The notes: generated from the sequence alone by a model not told the origin. Shown: positions 50,595 to 61,669, numbered from the stretch's first letter. The stretch is DNA of 64,000 nucleotides from an uncultured archaeon (GCA_964486045.1 CAZALK010000018.1:149-64148), one strand, 5' to 3'. Numbers and translations are program-made.

Positions 50595-51944
50595 ATGGTT
50601 AAAATGTTTGTTAAAAATGAATTAAAAAATTTTCAAGAAAATAGACCTAAGTCGAAAAAAGTATGGGAGAGAGCACTTAAAGTATTACCAGGAGGAATTT
50701 CTCATAATATTCGAACTTTTGGTCTTCCTTTAGTCGGAGGATTTCCCGTATTCATTAATTCGAGTAGAGGACCACATCTTACAGATATTGATGGAAATGA
50801 ATATTTAGATTGTTGGAATGGCCATTTCGCTATGATTTTAGGTCATAATCATCCAGAAATTCAAAAAACTATCGAGAAATATCTCAAAAATGGATGGCAT
50901 TTTGGTACAAATACCGAACACCAGGTAAATCTTGCTGAAACTATTATTAAAGATAATTCTGGAATTGAAAAGATGAGATTTTGTGTGAGTGGTACTGAAG
51001 CTACAATGTATGCTACGCGTCTTGCCCGAGCATTCACTAAAAGAAGGTTTGTAGCAAAAGCTCGTTTAGGATGGCATGGCGCAAATGATACCTTAAGTTA
51101 TGACTTAGGAAATTTAATTGGTAGTTCTCATCCTCCCGGACTTATTAACGCTGAACAAGCGGGTATCATTACATATGAGATAAATAACGAAAGTACTTTT
51201 GATATGATAAAACAAAATGCTGATCAATTAGCAGCAATAATTGTAGAGCCTGTCTTAGGAGGAGGTGGTGGTTTTCCAGTCGAACACAGTTTCTTGAGGA
51301 GATTGAGAGAAGAAACAGAACTTCATGATATACTTCTTATTTTTGATGAGATAATTACAGGTTATCGTTTTACAGATTCGTTATTTCAAAACGAGTTAAA
51401 TATTTTACCTGATTTAACAACGATGGGTAAAATAATTGGTGGAGGTATGCCAATAGGTGCTATTGGAGGAAGAACAGATATAATTGAGCAATCTAGCCCT
51501 GAATCGGAGAATATGGTGTTAATAGGGGGGGGAACCTTTTCAGGCTATCCTCTTAGTATGGTTACAGGGTTAAAAACCTTGGAAATATTGAAAAGTTCTC
51601 AGCAGGAGTATACTCGTATTAACCAAGAGGGTAATAAAATGTTAAATAATTTAAACCAATATTTTGGTGAAGAAAAACTTTCTATCACAGCAATTGGTTA
51701 TAAATCTATGATTATGCTTCATGCTTTATCAAATTGGATTGAAAGTCCATCAATGCGAGAAATTTTTCAGTTTAAAGATAAAAAGAAGGAAGCCTTATTA
51801 CAATTGGCTCTTTTTAATCGAAATATATCAGGATTGCACGGTTTGGGTTCCATTTCTATGGCTCATACGGATGAAAATATTGCTCGAATACAAGAAGTTG
51901 TTCAAAATATAGCACACCCTGTTTCCCAATCAAACTTTAATTGA
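50595..51944 (+). CDS. Class III PLP aminotransferase (glutamate-1-semialdehyde aminomutase-like)
   Basis: SGTEATM, IVEPV, FDEIITGYR, PDLTTMGKIIGGG and GTFSG motifs. Confidence 0.88.
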   Translation: MVKMFVKNELKNFQENRPKSKKVWERALKVLPGGISHNIRTFGLPLVGGFPVFINSSRGPHLTDIDGNEYLDCWNGHFAMILGHNHPEIQKTIEKYLKNGWHFGTNTEHQVNLAETIIKDNSGIEKMRFCVSGTEATMYATRLARAFTKRRFVAKARLGWHGANDTLSYDLGNLIGSSHPPGLINAEQAGIITYEINNESTFDMIKQNADQLAAIIVEPVLGGGGGFPVEHSFLRRLREETELHDILLIFDEIITGYRFTDSLFQNELNILPDLTTMGKIIGGGMPIGAIGGRTDIIEQSSPESENMVLIGGGTFSGYPLSMVTGLKTLEILKSSQQEYTRINQEGNKMLNNLNQYFGEEKLSITAIGYKSMIMLHALSNWIESPSMREIFQFKDKKKEALLQLALFNRNISGLHGLGSISMAHTDENIARIQEVVQNIAHPVSQSNFN

Positions 51945-52015
51945 AGTTACAAAGGAGAAATTAAGTAAACTATTTTAAAACAACATAAATTTAAAATTCC
52001 TGACATGGTGAAGAT

Positions 52016-53059
52016 ATGAATCAAAAATTTGATGTTATACAAGTTGGGTTAGGTCCTATGGGTAAAATTATTACTAACCTTCTGTGCAGTCGAAGAAATA
52101 TTAATCTAAAAGGAGTAGTTGATATTAATCCTCAATTTATAGGAAAAAAGCTGAGCGAAATTCTTGAAACTGATCTTGAATTTGATCTTATCATCGAACC
52201 CAATTTAGATGGTGTTTTATTAAATGGGAAAGCTGATGTCGTTATTATTGCCACTTCATCTTCACTGGATAAAGTGGCGCCTTTAATTAAAAAAGCAGCT
52301 AAGTCCGGATCGAATATTATTTCGATATGTGAAGAACTATCTTATCCTTTTCAGCTTTACCCTAAACTCTCGGAAGAATTGGATGAATTAGCAAAAGTAA
52401 ATCGAATCACAATTACAGGAACGGGAATAAATCCAGGATATCTTATGGATTTGTTACCGATTGTAATCACTGCTCCCTGCCAAAAAATTAAATCAATCGA
52501 AGTAACAAGAATGATGAATTCAGCAAAAAGAAGAATACCTTTCCAAAAAAAAATCGGTACCGGTTTAACAGTTGAAGAATTTCATAGAAAGATTGGCAAT
52601 AAAGAAATCACGGGGCATGTAGGATTAATTCAATCGATCCAATTGATAATAGCTTCTCTTGGTTTCACGTATGATGAAATCATTGAATTACCCCCTAAAG
52701 AAGTTATTACAGAGAAAGAGCTCAAAACTTCTTATGGGGAAACAGTGCGTTTAGGTTATGTATGTGGTTTACAAAGTAAAGCTTTTGCGAAAAAAGATGG
52801 ACGTGAAATAATTGCCTTAGATTTCGTAGCATATGCAGGAGATCACGAGGAATATGATCGGATAATAATTGATGGGATCCCACGTATAGAACAAAAAATA
52901 ATAGGTGGTGTTCATGGGGATCTAGGCACTTCTGCCGTGGTAGTTAATTTAATTCCCAAAGTATTAGCTGCTAGACCCGGATTACTAACAATGAAAGACC
53001 TTCCTGTGCCATGTTATACTGGAAATATTTGGAAAAATGAGAATTTTAAGCTAGAATAG
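52016..53059 (+). CDS. 2,4-Diaminopentanoate dehydrogenase/DapB-like NAD(P) oxidoreductase
   Basis: GLGPMG, CEELSYP, GTGINPGYLMD, GHVG and GGVHGD motifs. Confidence 0.82.
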   Translation: MNQKFDVIQVGLGPMGKIITNLLCSRRNINLKGVVDINPQFIGKKLSEILETDLEFDLIIEPNLDGVLLNGKADVVIIATSSSLDKVAPLIKKAAKSGSNIISICEELSYPFQLYPKLSEELDELAKVNRITITGTGINPGYLMDLLPIVITAPCQKIKSIEVTRMMNSAKRRIPFQKKIGTGLTVEEFHRKIGNKEITGHVGLIQSIQLIIASLGFTYDEIIELPPKEVITEKELKTSYGETVRLGYVCGLQSKAFAKKDGREIIALDFVAYAGDHEEYDRIIIDGIPRIEQKIIGGVHGDLGTSAVVVNLIPKVLAARPGLLTMKDLPVPCYTGNIWKNENFKLE

Positions 53060-53092
53060 AAAAATTTATCGTTTATTGACGTTTAGATTATA

Positions 53093-54079
53093 CTAAAAAG
53101 CAACACTTATCGGAAAATACAACATAATTGCTAGGATAGCTGAGATCGGAAAGGTTAATAGCCAAATTGCGACTATTTTCCATAAACCTTTTTTCATCGG
53201 AGAATTACTTGCTTTTGAAAGTCCTACTAAAGAAGCCACAAGCAAGTGAGAACCAGAAAGGGGGATCTTTTGAATTGTCCCAAGAAGCATTACTACTGCT
53301 GTTGGCACTTGCACAGCAAATGCTGTACTTGGGCGAAGTTCCGTCATTTTTCCTAGACTTTTAATAACGATTCTTCCTAAGAGTACTATACCCGCAGCTA
53401 AACTTAATCCTGTTATGATTAGTAGTGAGATTACATTTATATTATCACCTGCTCCCATCACTATTCCGACTGCGTTTGAACTATCGTTACCAGCTCTGGA
53501 GAAGGCAGTTATACATATAACTATTAATATTAAATATGAATACTTAGTTTCAGATCTCTCATAATCTTGAAATCCATTTAAATTCTTAAGTTTATGATTT
53601 TGAAGTATTTTAACAACGAGATAGGTAACTGTAAAACCCACAACTGGAGATAATAACCACCATATACTCATTCCTAATATAGTCCCCCAATTTACACCTC
53701 CCCCACCCCCTAAAAGTAATCCTAATCCTATTATTCCTCCTATTGTCGAATGAGTTGATGAGATTGGTAGTCCTAATGCACTAGCTACTATTAACCAAAT
53801 AGCAGTTGAGATCAGTATTGTCATGATAACAGCATTTTGGCTGACATTAGTTGCATCATAATCAATTAAGAGAATACTACCTCCAACAGATTTTGCAACA
53901 CCTTCTCCTAACAGAATAGCTCCAGAGATAGCAAAAATTATTGCTAAAATGAGTATTTGTTTCATGTTAAGTATCCGAGAGCCATATAAAGGGGCCATAG
54001 TCTCATCATTTGCGCCAATAGCTATTGCTATCACGATTGAAATTGCTAAAAATATCATAAGAATTACTACAGAATCCAT
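53093..54079 (-). CDS. PiT-family inorganic phosphate transporter
   Basis: GANDE, GLPISSTHS, AGNDSSNAVG and PLSGSH motifs. Confidence 0.92.
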   Translation of the reverse strand: MDSVVILMIFLAISIVIAIAIGANDETMAPLYGSRILNMKQILILAIIFAISGAILLGEGVAKSVGGSILLIDYDATNVSQNAVIMTILISTAIWLIVASALGLPISSTHSTIGGIIGLGLLLGGGGGVNWGTILGMSIWWLLSPVVGFTVTYLVVKILQNHKLKNLNGFQDYERSETKYSYLILIVICITAFSRAGNDSSNAVGIVMGAGDNINVISLLIITGLSLAAGIVLLGRIVIKSLGKMTELRPSTAFAVQVPTAVVMLLGTIQKIPLSGSHLLVASLVGLSKASNSPMKKGLWKIVAIWLLTFPISAILAIMLYFPISVAF

Positions 54080-54114
54080 TTTCTTTCTTCTCCTCTTTGA
54101 TTACAATTGTATTT

Positions 54115-54801
54115 TTATTTACTTGGATATTTTACAATTAGGCTTCTTAAAAAATCACTAATTTCTTCAGCTCTGATAATCATATCAAATATTTTTATGC
54201 ATATTTTCGAAGTTAAATATACTCTTAAGGATTTTTCTTCTGATTTTTGATATATTAAACCTAATATTTTGTATTTGGCATCACGAGCACTTCGCTTTAG
54301 AGTTTCAATATGGAAGCTTTTCTGATAAGCAGTCTTAAAATCGGTCTCCATTAAGTTTACCATATCCACAAGAGTATCGATTGTTTCTTGGTATAAATCG
54401 TTAATTACTTTCATATCCTTTTTTATATCATCAAAGAGTTCAAAAGGAAATACCTTAAGCCCCCTTGCCAATTCTTCAGAATTATCTGATAAATCATCCA
54501 AATATTTAATTAACCGATAACGATCTTCGACTAAAAAAGGGAGAGCACGTTTATCTTTATAAAGAATGTTAATATAATTTTCCTTAGCAACATCAGCTTT
54601 ATGTTCGCATTCTATTACTTTATCTAATTTCTTATTTTTAATCTTACTACTAACAAGATCATTAATACAGTCGTGAAGTAAGAGCGAACCTTCTAAAACT
54701 TCCATATGGAATTGACTTGCTGCATTTAATAATCGGCTTCTTTTATTTGTCTTGAGTTTTAATTTCATTCCACTCACATCAAGATTTAATTTAATAATCA
54801 C
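54115..54801 (-). CDS. DUF47/PhoU-like phosphate transport regulator
   Basis: EHKAD and P...EDR..L...LDD motifs; directly upstream of the PiT gene. Confidence 0.85.
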   Translation of the reverse strand: MIIKLNLDVSGMKLKLKTNKRSRLLNAASQFHMEVLEGSLLLHDCINDLVSSKIKNKKLDKVIECEHKADVAKENYINILYKDKRALPFLVEDRYRLIKYLDDLSDNSEELARGLKVFPFELFDDIKKDMKVINDLYQETIDTLVDMVNLMETDFKTAYQKSFHIETLKRSARDAKYKILGLIYQKSEEKSLRVYLTSKICIKIFDMIIRAEEISDFLRSLIVKYPSK

Positions 54802-54913
54802 AATTATTATTTATTTCTTAAAAAAAATTGTATTTTTTCTATTATTGAAAGTTTAAATCCAAATAGAAAAAAAATTAAAAATAAGTAAGATTAAAAGATT
54901 TAAAAAATAATTT

Positions 54914-55486
54914 TTGAAACTTCTCTTGCCATTTCTTAAAATTAAAGTAGAGGATATAATATTTGATCCAAAAGTACAAACTTACTGCGTAAGTCCTTCA
55001 TTTAAATGTCCCAATTATGGACATTCATGGACTTGTCCTCCTGAGGCTCCGTATATGAAAGATGCCGTATCAAAGTTTCAATCTTTTTATCTCATCTATG
55101 ATGAAATCAATTTAAATGAATACATAAAGAAGAAAAAACTAGACAATCCAAATTTGAGAGAGGAAAAAATAAGAAATCAAGCATATACAGATAGTGCTTT
55201 CAAAAATAATTTAGAAAACGAAATTGATAAGTTTCTTGGAAATCATCATGAGGATTATGAAGAAAGACTTATTTTATGGGCTGGATTCTGTCGAACTTGT
55301 TATAACAATGTTGATAAAGGGTGTACTTATGATAGTGGTAAACCGTGTAGGTATCCTCATAAACAAAAGTATGCAATGGAAGCGGTTGGAGTAAATGTTA
55401 CAGACACGGTTAAAAATTTAAGCGTGAATATTGAATGGCCACCAGTTAACTTTGTGTATCGTTTCGGATTGATATGCTTCAAATAA
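54914..55486 (+). CDS. DUF2284 metal-binding protein
   Basis: CPNYG.SWTCPP, G.C..C and PCRYP...AMEAVGVNV motifs. Confidence 0.85.
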   Translation: MKLLLPFLKIKVEDIIFDPKVQTYCVSPSFKCPNYGHSWTCPPEAPYMKDAVSKFQSFYLIYDEINLNEYIKKKKLDNPNLREEKIRNQAYTDSAFKNNLENEIDKFLGNHHEDYEERLILWAGFCRTCYNNVDKGCTYDSGKPCRYPHKQKYAMEAVGVNVTDTVKNLSVNIEWPPVNFVYRFGLICFK

Positions 55487-55570
55487 TTCAATCTAATTAA
55501 AAAACTAACAACAAAATTGGACTCCATTTTCTTTTAATAAAGTTTAAACTTATTTTTTTATAGGTAAAAA

Positions 55571-56098
55571 ATGAATAATAATTTCTATAACATTGCCAAT
55601 TCAGGCTTATTAACGACGACTTGGGATATAATATGGAATGATCCAATTGGTTGGTTTTTAGAACTATCCTTATTCATCCAAATTTTAATTGTTATTGGAT
55701 TAATAGCCCTTACTATAGCTGCTCTTGTTTTGGTTTATTATATCTTAAAAGCTGTTGCTTACTTACTATATTATCTTTTTAAAGGTTTGTATTACCTCTT
55801 AAAAGGTATTTATACTGGATTATCAAAGTTATTTGAAGAATTAACATATACGATTTCCGGTAAACCAAGGAAAAAGGATCAGACCATACCCCCAATATCT
55901 GCGGAATTAATAGAACCACCTGTACATGCTTCCAATTTCGAAGAAGTAACTGACGTAAAAATCCCATATTATTGTACTGAATGTGGACAAAAAATAACGG
56001 AATCTGTGAATGCACTTCTGACAGAAAGAGGAATCGCGTTTTGTTTTTATTGTGGTACAGAATTTAAGCTGAAAACGGTTAACACTTCGAAGATTTAA
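55571..56098 (+). CDS. Membrane protein with C-terminal zinc ribbon
   Basis: Hydrophobic segment, YYLLKG-type repeats and CTECG...CFYCG. Confidence 0.7.
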   Translation: MNNNFYNIANSGLLTTTWDIIWNDPIGWFLELSLFIQILIVIGLIALTIAALVLVYYILKAVAYLLYYLFKGLYYLLKGIYTGLSKLFEELTYTISGKPRKKDQTIPPISAELIEPPVHASNFEEVTDVKIPYYCTECGQKITESVNALLTERGIAFCFYCGTEFKLKTVNTSKI

Positions 56099-56152
56099 CA
56101 CTAGAATAGAATAATTTAAATAAATAAAATATGAGAAGCAAAAATTTTTTCT

Positions 56153-57460
56153 CTAAAAGATATTACCATCTATAACTATTGTTTCTGATCTATCTGGACC
56201 AATTGAAAGGAAAGCGATCTCCGTCTTTAATTCTTCTTTAATTGCCTGAGTATATATTTTTGTTGCATCTGGTAATGCATCATATCCCTTTTGGGCAATT
56301 TCAGACCATTCCTCTCTGGTTCTAGCCTTCCAACCTTGAAAAGATTCATAAATTGGGTTACAATTTTCGATTATTTCATGTTGGATTGGCCAGCTTTCGA
56401 GAATTTTACCGTTTAATTCATAACCAGTGCATACTTTAATAGGATCAATCCCTTCTAAAGCATCTAAAAGTGTAATGATAATTTTATCCACACCATTAAC
56501 CATTATTCCGAATTTAATATTGAAAAGGTCTAACCACCCAACTCTTCTTGGTCTTCCTGTTACCGTACCGTATTCATGACCTTGTTCTCGAATTTTTTCA
56601 GAGGTGCCATCAACTAGTTCAGTTGGGAATTTTCCCTCACCCACTCTTGAAGTGTAAGCTTTAATAATGCCAACTATTCTGCCAATTTTATTAGGGGGAA
56701 TGCCTGTTCCTGCACAAATCCCCAAGGCGTTTGAATTTGAGGAAGTTCCGAAAGGATAAAAGCCATGATCTAAACCCAAAAGACTGCCTTGGGCGGCTTC
56801 AAAAACAATTTTCTTTCCAGAATCTATTTCTTTGTTTAAATAATAAGCTGTGTCAATTACATAAGGTTTTAACCTCTCACCATAGGATTTGTATTCTTTA
56901 AAGATTGAATTTATGTCTGCCTTCCAACTTGGATCATAAATGTTAATTTGACTTTTCTTAATAGAATACAATTTTTCTAGTTTTGGTCTCATTATTTCTG
57001 GATTTATCAAATCAAAAATTCTAAGACCCCATCGAGCAGCTTTGTCAGAATATGTAGGTCCAATGCCTCTTTTAGTTGTACCAGCACTGTATTTTCCTTT
57101 TGATACTTCTTCTAAGCCATCCAAAATATTATGGAATGGAAATATGACATGAGCAGTTGAGCTTAATTTTAAGTTAATTTTTTTGTGCAATTTTTTCAAA
57201 TCTTCAATTTCCTCAAGTAAAACTTTAGGATCGACAACGCATCCATTCGCTATAATGCATTCCTTCTCTAAGGGTGCACCGCTTGGCATTATTTTAAATT
57301 TATATTTAATTCCATCTGCATTTATCGTATGCCCTGCGTTATTTCCTCCATTATATCTTACGACAATATCTGTTCTTTGAGCAAAATAATCAACAAATTT
57401 ACCTTTGCCTTCATCTCCCCACGATAATCCAATAATAGTGATATTTTTACTCATATTCAT
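56153..57460 (-). CDS. purA: Adenylosuccinate synthetase
   Basis: WGDEGKGK, GGNNAGHT, GTTKRGIGP and EYGTVTGRPRRVGW motifs. Confidence 0.98.
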   Translation of the reverse strand: MNMSKNITIIGLSWGDEGKGKFVDYFAQRTDIVVRYNGGNNAGHTINADGIKYKFKIMPSGAPLEKECIIANGCVVDPKVLLEEIEDLKKLHKKINLKLSSTAHVIFPFHNILDGLEEVSKGKYSAGTTKRGIGPTYSDKAARWGLRIFDLINPEIMRPKLEKLYSIKKSQINIYDPSWKADINSIFKEYKSYGERLKPYVIDTAYYLNKEIDSGKKIVFEAAQGSLLGLDHGFYPFGTSSNSNALGICAGTGIPPNKIGRIVGIIKAYTSRVGEGKFPTELVDGTSEKIREQGHEYGTVTGRPRRVGWLDLFNIKFGIMVNGVDKIIITLLDALEGIDPIKVCTGYELNGKILESWPIQHEIIENCNPIYESFQGWKARTREEWSEIAQKGYDALPDATKIYTQAIKEELKTEIAFLSIGPDRSETIVIDGNIF

Positions 57461-57677
57461 TTCCCACTCATAATACTTAAAATTTAAATCAGTTGATCCT
57501 ATCCAAAAAAGATTATAATAAACCGTTTAAAAAATTTTTGGTTAGAAAGAACGGAAATAAAAAAGATACGTACTGATTTTTATATTTGAATTTTCTTTAA
57601 AAGTATAACCCCATTGTAATAATCTCTTAATAATCACTAAACTACTTTTAAAGAGATCTTGCTTTAAAAACTCTAGA

Positions 57678-58616
57678 ATGATGCAGAAAATAACTTTATT
57701 ATTCGATACGACTCACAATGAAATGTTAAATATAGAAGAGAAAGAGTTTTCTGATTTCTTAAATCTTTTGAATAGGATAGATGTAAACGTGAGAAAAGAT
57801 GAGAACGAACAACTTAAATTAGATATTCTGAAGGAAATCGATCTTCTAGTCATAGGAAATCCTATTGATGATTTCTTCTCAAGTATCGAAGTTAAATTAA
57901 TCGTGGATTTTGTAAGATCCGGAGGAGGTTTACTATTATTGAGTGAGTATGGTTCAGATTACTTACAGAAAACCAACTTAAACGACATTGCGGGGAAATT
58001 TGGTTTTAAGTTTGAAAAAAATCTTGTTAAAGAGGTTAACAAAGCTAATCAAAATTATATTAGTACACTTCACATCATTAATTTTTTAAAACATCAAATT
58101 ACCAAACATATTAGAGAGATTAAATTGGGAGGATCATGTTCTCTTTTCTTAAGTAAGGATGCTAAACCATTATTACAAACTAACCAAAACTCTTGGTCGG
58201 AAGTTTTCAATAGCTCTACTGAACAGTGGATAAAAGATGATGAGGAAAAAAAACACGTTATAGCTGCTTTTACAGAATTTGGCAAGGGAAAAGTAGTAGC
58301 AATAGGAGACATTGACATCTTCACTTCTGATTCTAATTTTGGCTTGAATTCACTAGACAACCAAAAATTTGTTCAGAACGTAATCAACTGGCTAATCGAA
58401 CCAGTTAAGGAATCAAAGATTAATTCTTTTATTCTTAATCAACTAGGAGATCTTCAATTTGAAATCAGAGAGTCAAATAAAATATTGAATAATATTATAG
58501 AAACAATGACGATTCTAGAGAAGAGGATAAGCTACCTAGAAGAAAATTCTCGAATTCACTCTCATCCAATCAATGTCGATCAGGATGGGGAGAGGGAATC
58601 ATTACAAGAAGAGTAG
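57678..58616 (+). CDS. GIFT (GldG/IFT52)/DUF4350-like domain protein with C-terminal coiled coil
   Basis: LLFDTTHNE, DLLVIGNP...E...I.DFV.SGGGLLL, GKGKVVAIGD..IF and N..FV.N.INWL motifs. Confidence 0.7.
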   Translation: MMQKITLLFDTTHNEMLNIEEKEFSDFLNLLNRIDVNVRKDENEQLKLDILKEIDLLVIGNPIDDFFSSIEVKLIVDFVRSGGGLLLLSEYGSDYLQKTNLNDIAGKFGFKFEKNLVKEVNKANQNYISTLHIINFLKHQITKHIREIKLGGSCSLFLSKDAKPLLQTNQNSWSEVFNSSTEQWIKDDEEKKHVIAAFTEFGKGKVVAIGDIDIFTSDSNFGLNSLDNQKFVQNVINWLIEPVKESKINSFILNQLGDLQFEIRESNKILNNIIETMTILEKRISYLEENSRIHSHPINVDQDGERESLQEE

Positions 58617-58723
58617 TCTATGAATCAACTGGATTATTCATAAATACAATTAAATATTAAAAACTTAAATTTCTATTATACTCAATTTCAATCTTATTAA
58701 ACTTATTTAGGAGTGATAAAAAA

Positions 58724-60169
58724 ATGCCATTAAAAACACCAGATGAATATCTTGAATCAATTAAAAAACCAGTTAATTTATATATGTTTGGCGAAAAGGT
58801 AAAGGAGTTTTGGAATCACCCTATTATCAGACCTTCAATAAACACGGTAATGAAAATTTATGAATTAGCACAATTAGATGAATATAAAGATATAATGACA
58901 ACCACATCTCACTTAACAGGTGAGATTATAAATAGATTTACTCACATTCATCAATCTATAGATGATTTAATTAGAAAGGTGCAGATGCAACGATTATTAG
59001 GACAGCATACTGCTTGTTGTTTTCAAAGGTGTGTAGGGTTTGATGGCGCCAATGCTCTTTATAGTGTTACCTATGAGATGGATAAGAAATATGGTTCTAA
59101 GTACCATGAACGGTTCAAAAAATTTTGGATAGACGTACAAAATCAAGATTTGATAGTAGGTGGTGCAATGACAGACACTAAGGGCGATCGAAGTAAAAGA
59201 CCTAATCAACAACCTGATCCTGATGCTTATTTACATATTGTAGATGAAAATGATCTAGGGATTATAGTTCGCGGGGCAAAAGTTCACCAAACAGGATTTT
59301 TAAATTCTCACAAGGTTATGGTAATGCCTACGTTAGCTTTAAGACCTGGTGAAGAGGAATATGCTGTAAGTTTTGGAATTGATGCTAATACAAAAGGAAT
59401 AACACTAGTCTACGGTAGACAATCATGTGACACACGTAAATTAGAAGAAGGAAAGTTAGATATAGGTAATTATAAATTTGGAGGTCAAGAAATTTTTGTC
59501 ATCTTTGAAGATGTATTTGTTCCAGAGGAAAACATTTTCATGAAAGGAGAAATTGAGTTCTCAGGTGAATTAGTTAACCGGTTTGGAGGATTTCATCGTC
59601 AATCTTACGGAGGATGTAAGGTAGGGGTTGGAGACGTGCTTATTGGAGCCGCTGCATTAATTTCAGAGTATAATGGGACTGATAAAGCATCTCACATAAG
59701 GGATAAACTTGTTGAGATGGTTCACCTAAATGAAACACTTTATAGTTGTGGGATTGCGTGCAGTTCTTTAGGATTCAAGAGAGAAGCGGGAAATTACGAA
59801 ATGGATATGCTTTTGGCAAATGTATGTAAACAAAATGTGACTAGATTTCCCTATGAGATCGGGAGATTAGCAGAGGATATAGCTGGAGGTATTATTTGCA
59901 CTTTACCGTCTGAAGCCGATTTCAAATCAAAACAAGTTGGACCTCTGTTAGAGAAATATCTTACCACATGTGAAGGATTACGTGTTGAAGATCGTTATCG
60001 GGTTTTGCGTTTTATTGAAAATTTAACTATGGGTGTATCCTCCGTCAGTTATAAAACAGAATCAATGCACGGAGCTGGTTCTCCCCAGGCTCAGAGAATT
60101 ATGATATCACGGGGAGCAGATTTGGAAGGAAAGAAAAAATTTGTCAAAAAAATTTTAGATGTTGAATAA
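58724..60169 (+). CDS. abfD: 4-Hydroxybutyryl-CoA dehydratase
   Basis: CFQRCVG.D, GAMTD.KGDRS, GAKVHQTG, HRQSYGGCK and ESMHGAGSPQAQ motifs. Confidence 0.9.
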   Translation: MPLKTPDEYLESIKKPVNLYMFGEKVKEFWNHPIIRPSINTVMKIYELAQLDEYKDIMTTTSHLTGEIINRFTHIHQSIDDLIRKVQMQRLLGQHTACCFQRCVGFDGANALYSVTYEMDKKYGSKYHERFKKFWIDVQNQDLIVGGAMTDTKGDRSKRPNQQPDPDAYLHIVDENDLGIIVRGAKVHQTGFLNSHKVMVMPTLALRPGEEEYAVSFGIDANTKGITLVYGRQSCDTRKLEEGKLDIGNYKFGGQEIFVIFEDVFVPEENIFMKGEIEFSGELVNRFGGFHRQSYGGCKVGVGDVLIGAAALISEYNGTDKASHIRDKLVEMVHLNETLYSCGIACSSLGFKREAGNYEMDMLLANVCKQNVTRFPYEIGRLAEDIAGGIICTLPSEADFKSKQVGPLLEKYLTTCEGLRVEDRYRVLRFIENLTMGVSSVSYKTESMHGAGSPQAQRIMISRGADLEGKKKFVKKILDVE

Positions 60170-60243
60170 ATAAGTGGAAAAAAGTTTTAATTTAACGAAA
60201 TTAAGAATTTAATATTATTAATTAGAACTTTGAGTCGCATATT

Positions 60244-61626
60244 ATGAATGAACAATCATTTAATGAGATCTTCTCTAATTTTGAGGAAATCTCAAATAAT
60301 TTTATGAGAAAAAATCAATACTTTGATATCTTATATGACTCTTTCTCATCTATAAAAATTAACAAATCTCCTTCTGTTGAGTCAATTTCAATTAACTCAA
60401 AAAAATCAGGAATTGTTGCAAGGACTTTCAGTGGTACATGGGAAGAAATAGCATTTAATAATTTCTCTGATCTCAAGAATATTCCAAAATTATTGCCTAA
60501 ATCATCAAATAAAGGAGAAGAGATTGCTGAATATAAGGGTTGGAAACTAAATAAAGAAGTTATCCCTAAAATTAATCCATCAGATATACCGATAGAAGAA
60601 AAAATAGAAAAAATTAGACAAATTTACGATTTTATCCAAAATTATGATAGGAGAATTTTATTATCTAGAATAATATATAAAGAAACTCATACCACACGCA
60701 TTTTTGTAAACAACGAAGGAAGTCAATTAAGGCAAGTAATCCCCCGTGTTCGGCTTTATATTTCTCCCATAGTAAAAAGCGGCATAAAGGTGGAGTTTGA
60801 TTATTTTTCTACGGGTGGTGAAATGGGATTTGAAATTTTTGATGAGATAACTGATAGTAAATTAGAACAAATAGCTACTGACTCTATTGATATGTTAAAA
60901 GCAGAAAAATCCCCCTCAGGAAGATTTCCTGTAATTTTAGATCCCGGAATGGCAGGAATTATAGCCCACGAGAGTTTTGGGCATGGTTTAGAAGCCGACC
61001 AAGTATTAAGAGGGAGAAGTTACTTAAAAGATAAATTGAATAAAAAAGTAGCTTCTGAAATTTGTGTGATATGCGACACTCCAAGTTTAGAGAATCAGAT
61101 TGGTTCATATTTTTTTGATGATGAAGGAATAAAAGCTGGAAAAAATGTTCTCGTTGAAAATGGGATCTTAAAAAATTTTATTTATGATAGAAGAAGTGCT
61201 TCAGTACTGAATGGAAGTCCGCAAGGAAATGGAAGAAGGGAGAGTTATGCTCATGTAATTCATCCAAGAATGTCAAATACATATTTTGAGCCAGGAAATG
61301 ATGAACTGGAAGATATGATATCGGAAATTGATGATGGTGTTATGATTCTTAAATCTTACTTCGGTATGGAAGATCCTATAGGTGGGGGGTGTCAATGTTC
61401 TTCTAAAAAAGGATATTTAATTAAGAAGGGCGAAAAAACAAAATTGTTAAAAGGTATAGCTTTAAGTGGATATGTTTTAGATATTTTGCAAAATATTGAC
61501 GCCGTAAGCAAAGATGAAACCAATTTTCACGGTGGAACCTGTGGTAAAGGTCATGCTGATGATATACCAGTAAGTGATGGCGGAAGTTATATTAGGATAA
61601 AAGAAGCATTAATTAGTCCGGGGTGA
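60244..61626 (+). CDS. tldD: TldD-family metalloprotease
   Basis: HESFGHGLEAD, FDDEG, GNGRR, PRMSNT and CGKG motifs. Confidence 0.92.
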   Translation: MNEQSFNEIFSNFEEISNNFMRKNQYFDILYDSFSSIKINKSPSVESISINSKKSGIVARTFSGTWEEIAFNNFSDLKNIPKLLPKSSNKGEEIAEYKGWKLNKEVIPKINPSDIPIEEKIEKIRQIYDFIQNYDRRILLSRIIYKETHTTRIFVNNEGSQLRQVIPRVRLYISPIVKSGIKVEFDYFSTGGEMGFEIFDEITDSKLEQIATDSIDMLKAEKSPSGRFPVILDPGMAGIIAHESFGHGLEADQVLRGRSYLKDKLNKKVASEICVICDTPSLENQIGSYFFDDEGIKAGKNVLVENGILKNFIYDRRSASVLNGSPQGNGRRESYAHVIHPRMSNTYFEPGNDELEDMISEIDDGVMILKSYFGMEDPIGGGCQCSSKKGYLIKKGEKTKLLKGIALSGYVLDILQNIDAVSKDETNFHGGTCGKGHADDIPVSDGGSYIRIKEALISPG

Positions 61627-61669
61627 GATCAAAACGACGCATGAGAAACTTGAATTTATTGAAAAGATT

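Noticed and set aside
1918-59212. Short overlapping ORFs in the track (for example 1918..2103, 2441..2740, 4807..5112, 24670..25122, 38148..38519, 47876..48172, 58997..59212)
   Set aside because: They are antisense or alternate-frame shadows of well-supported genes and carry no motifs.
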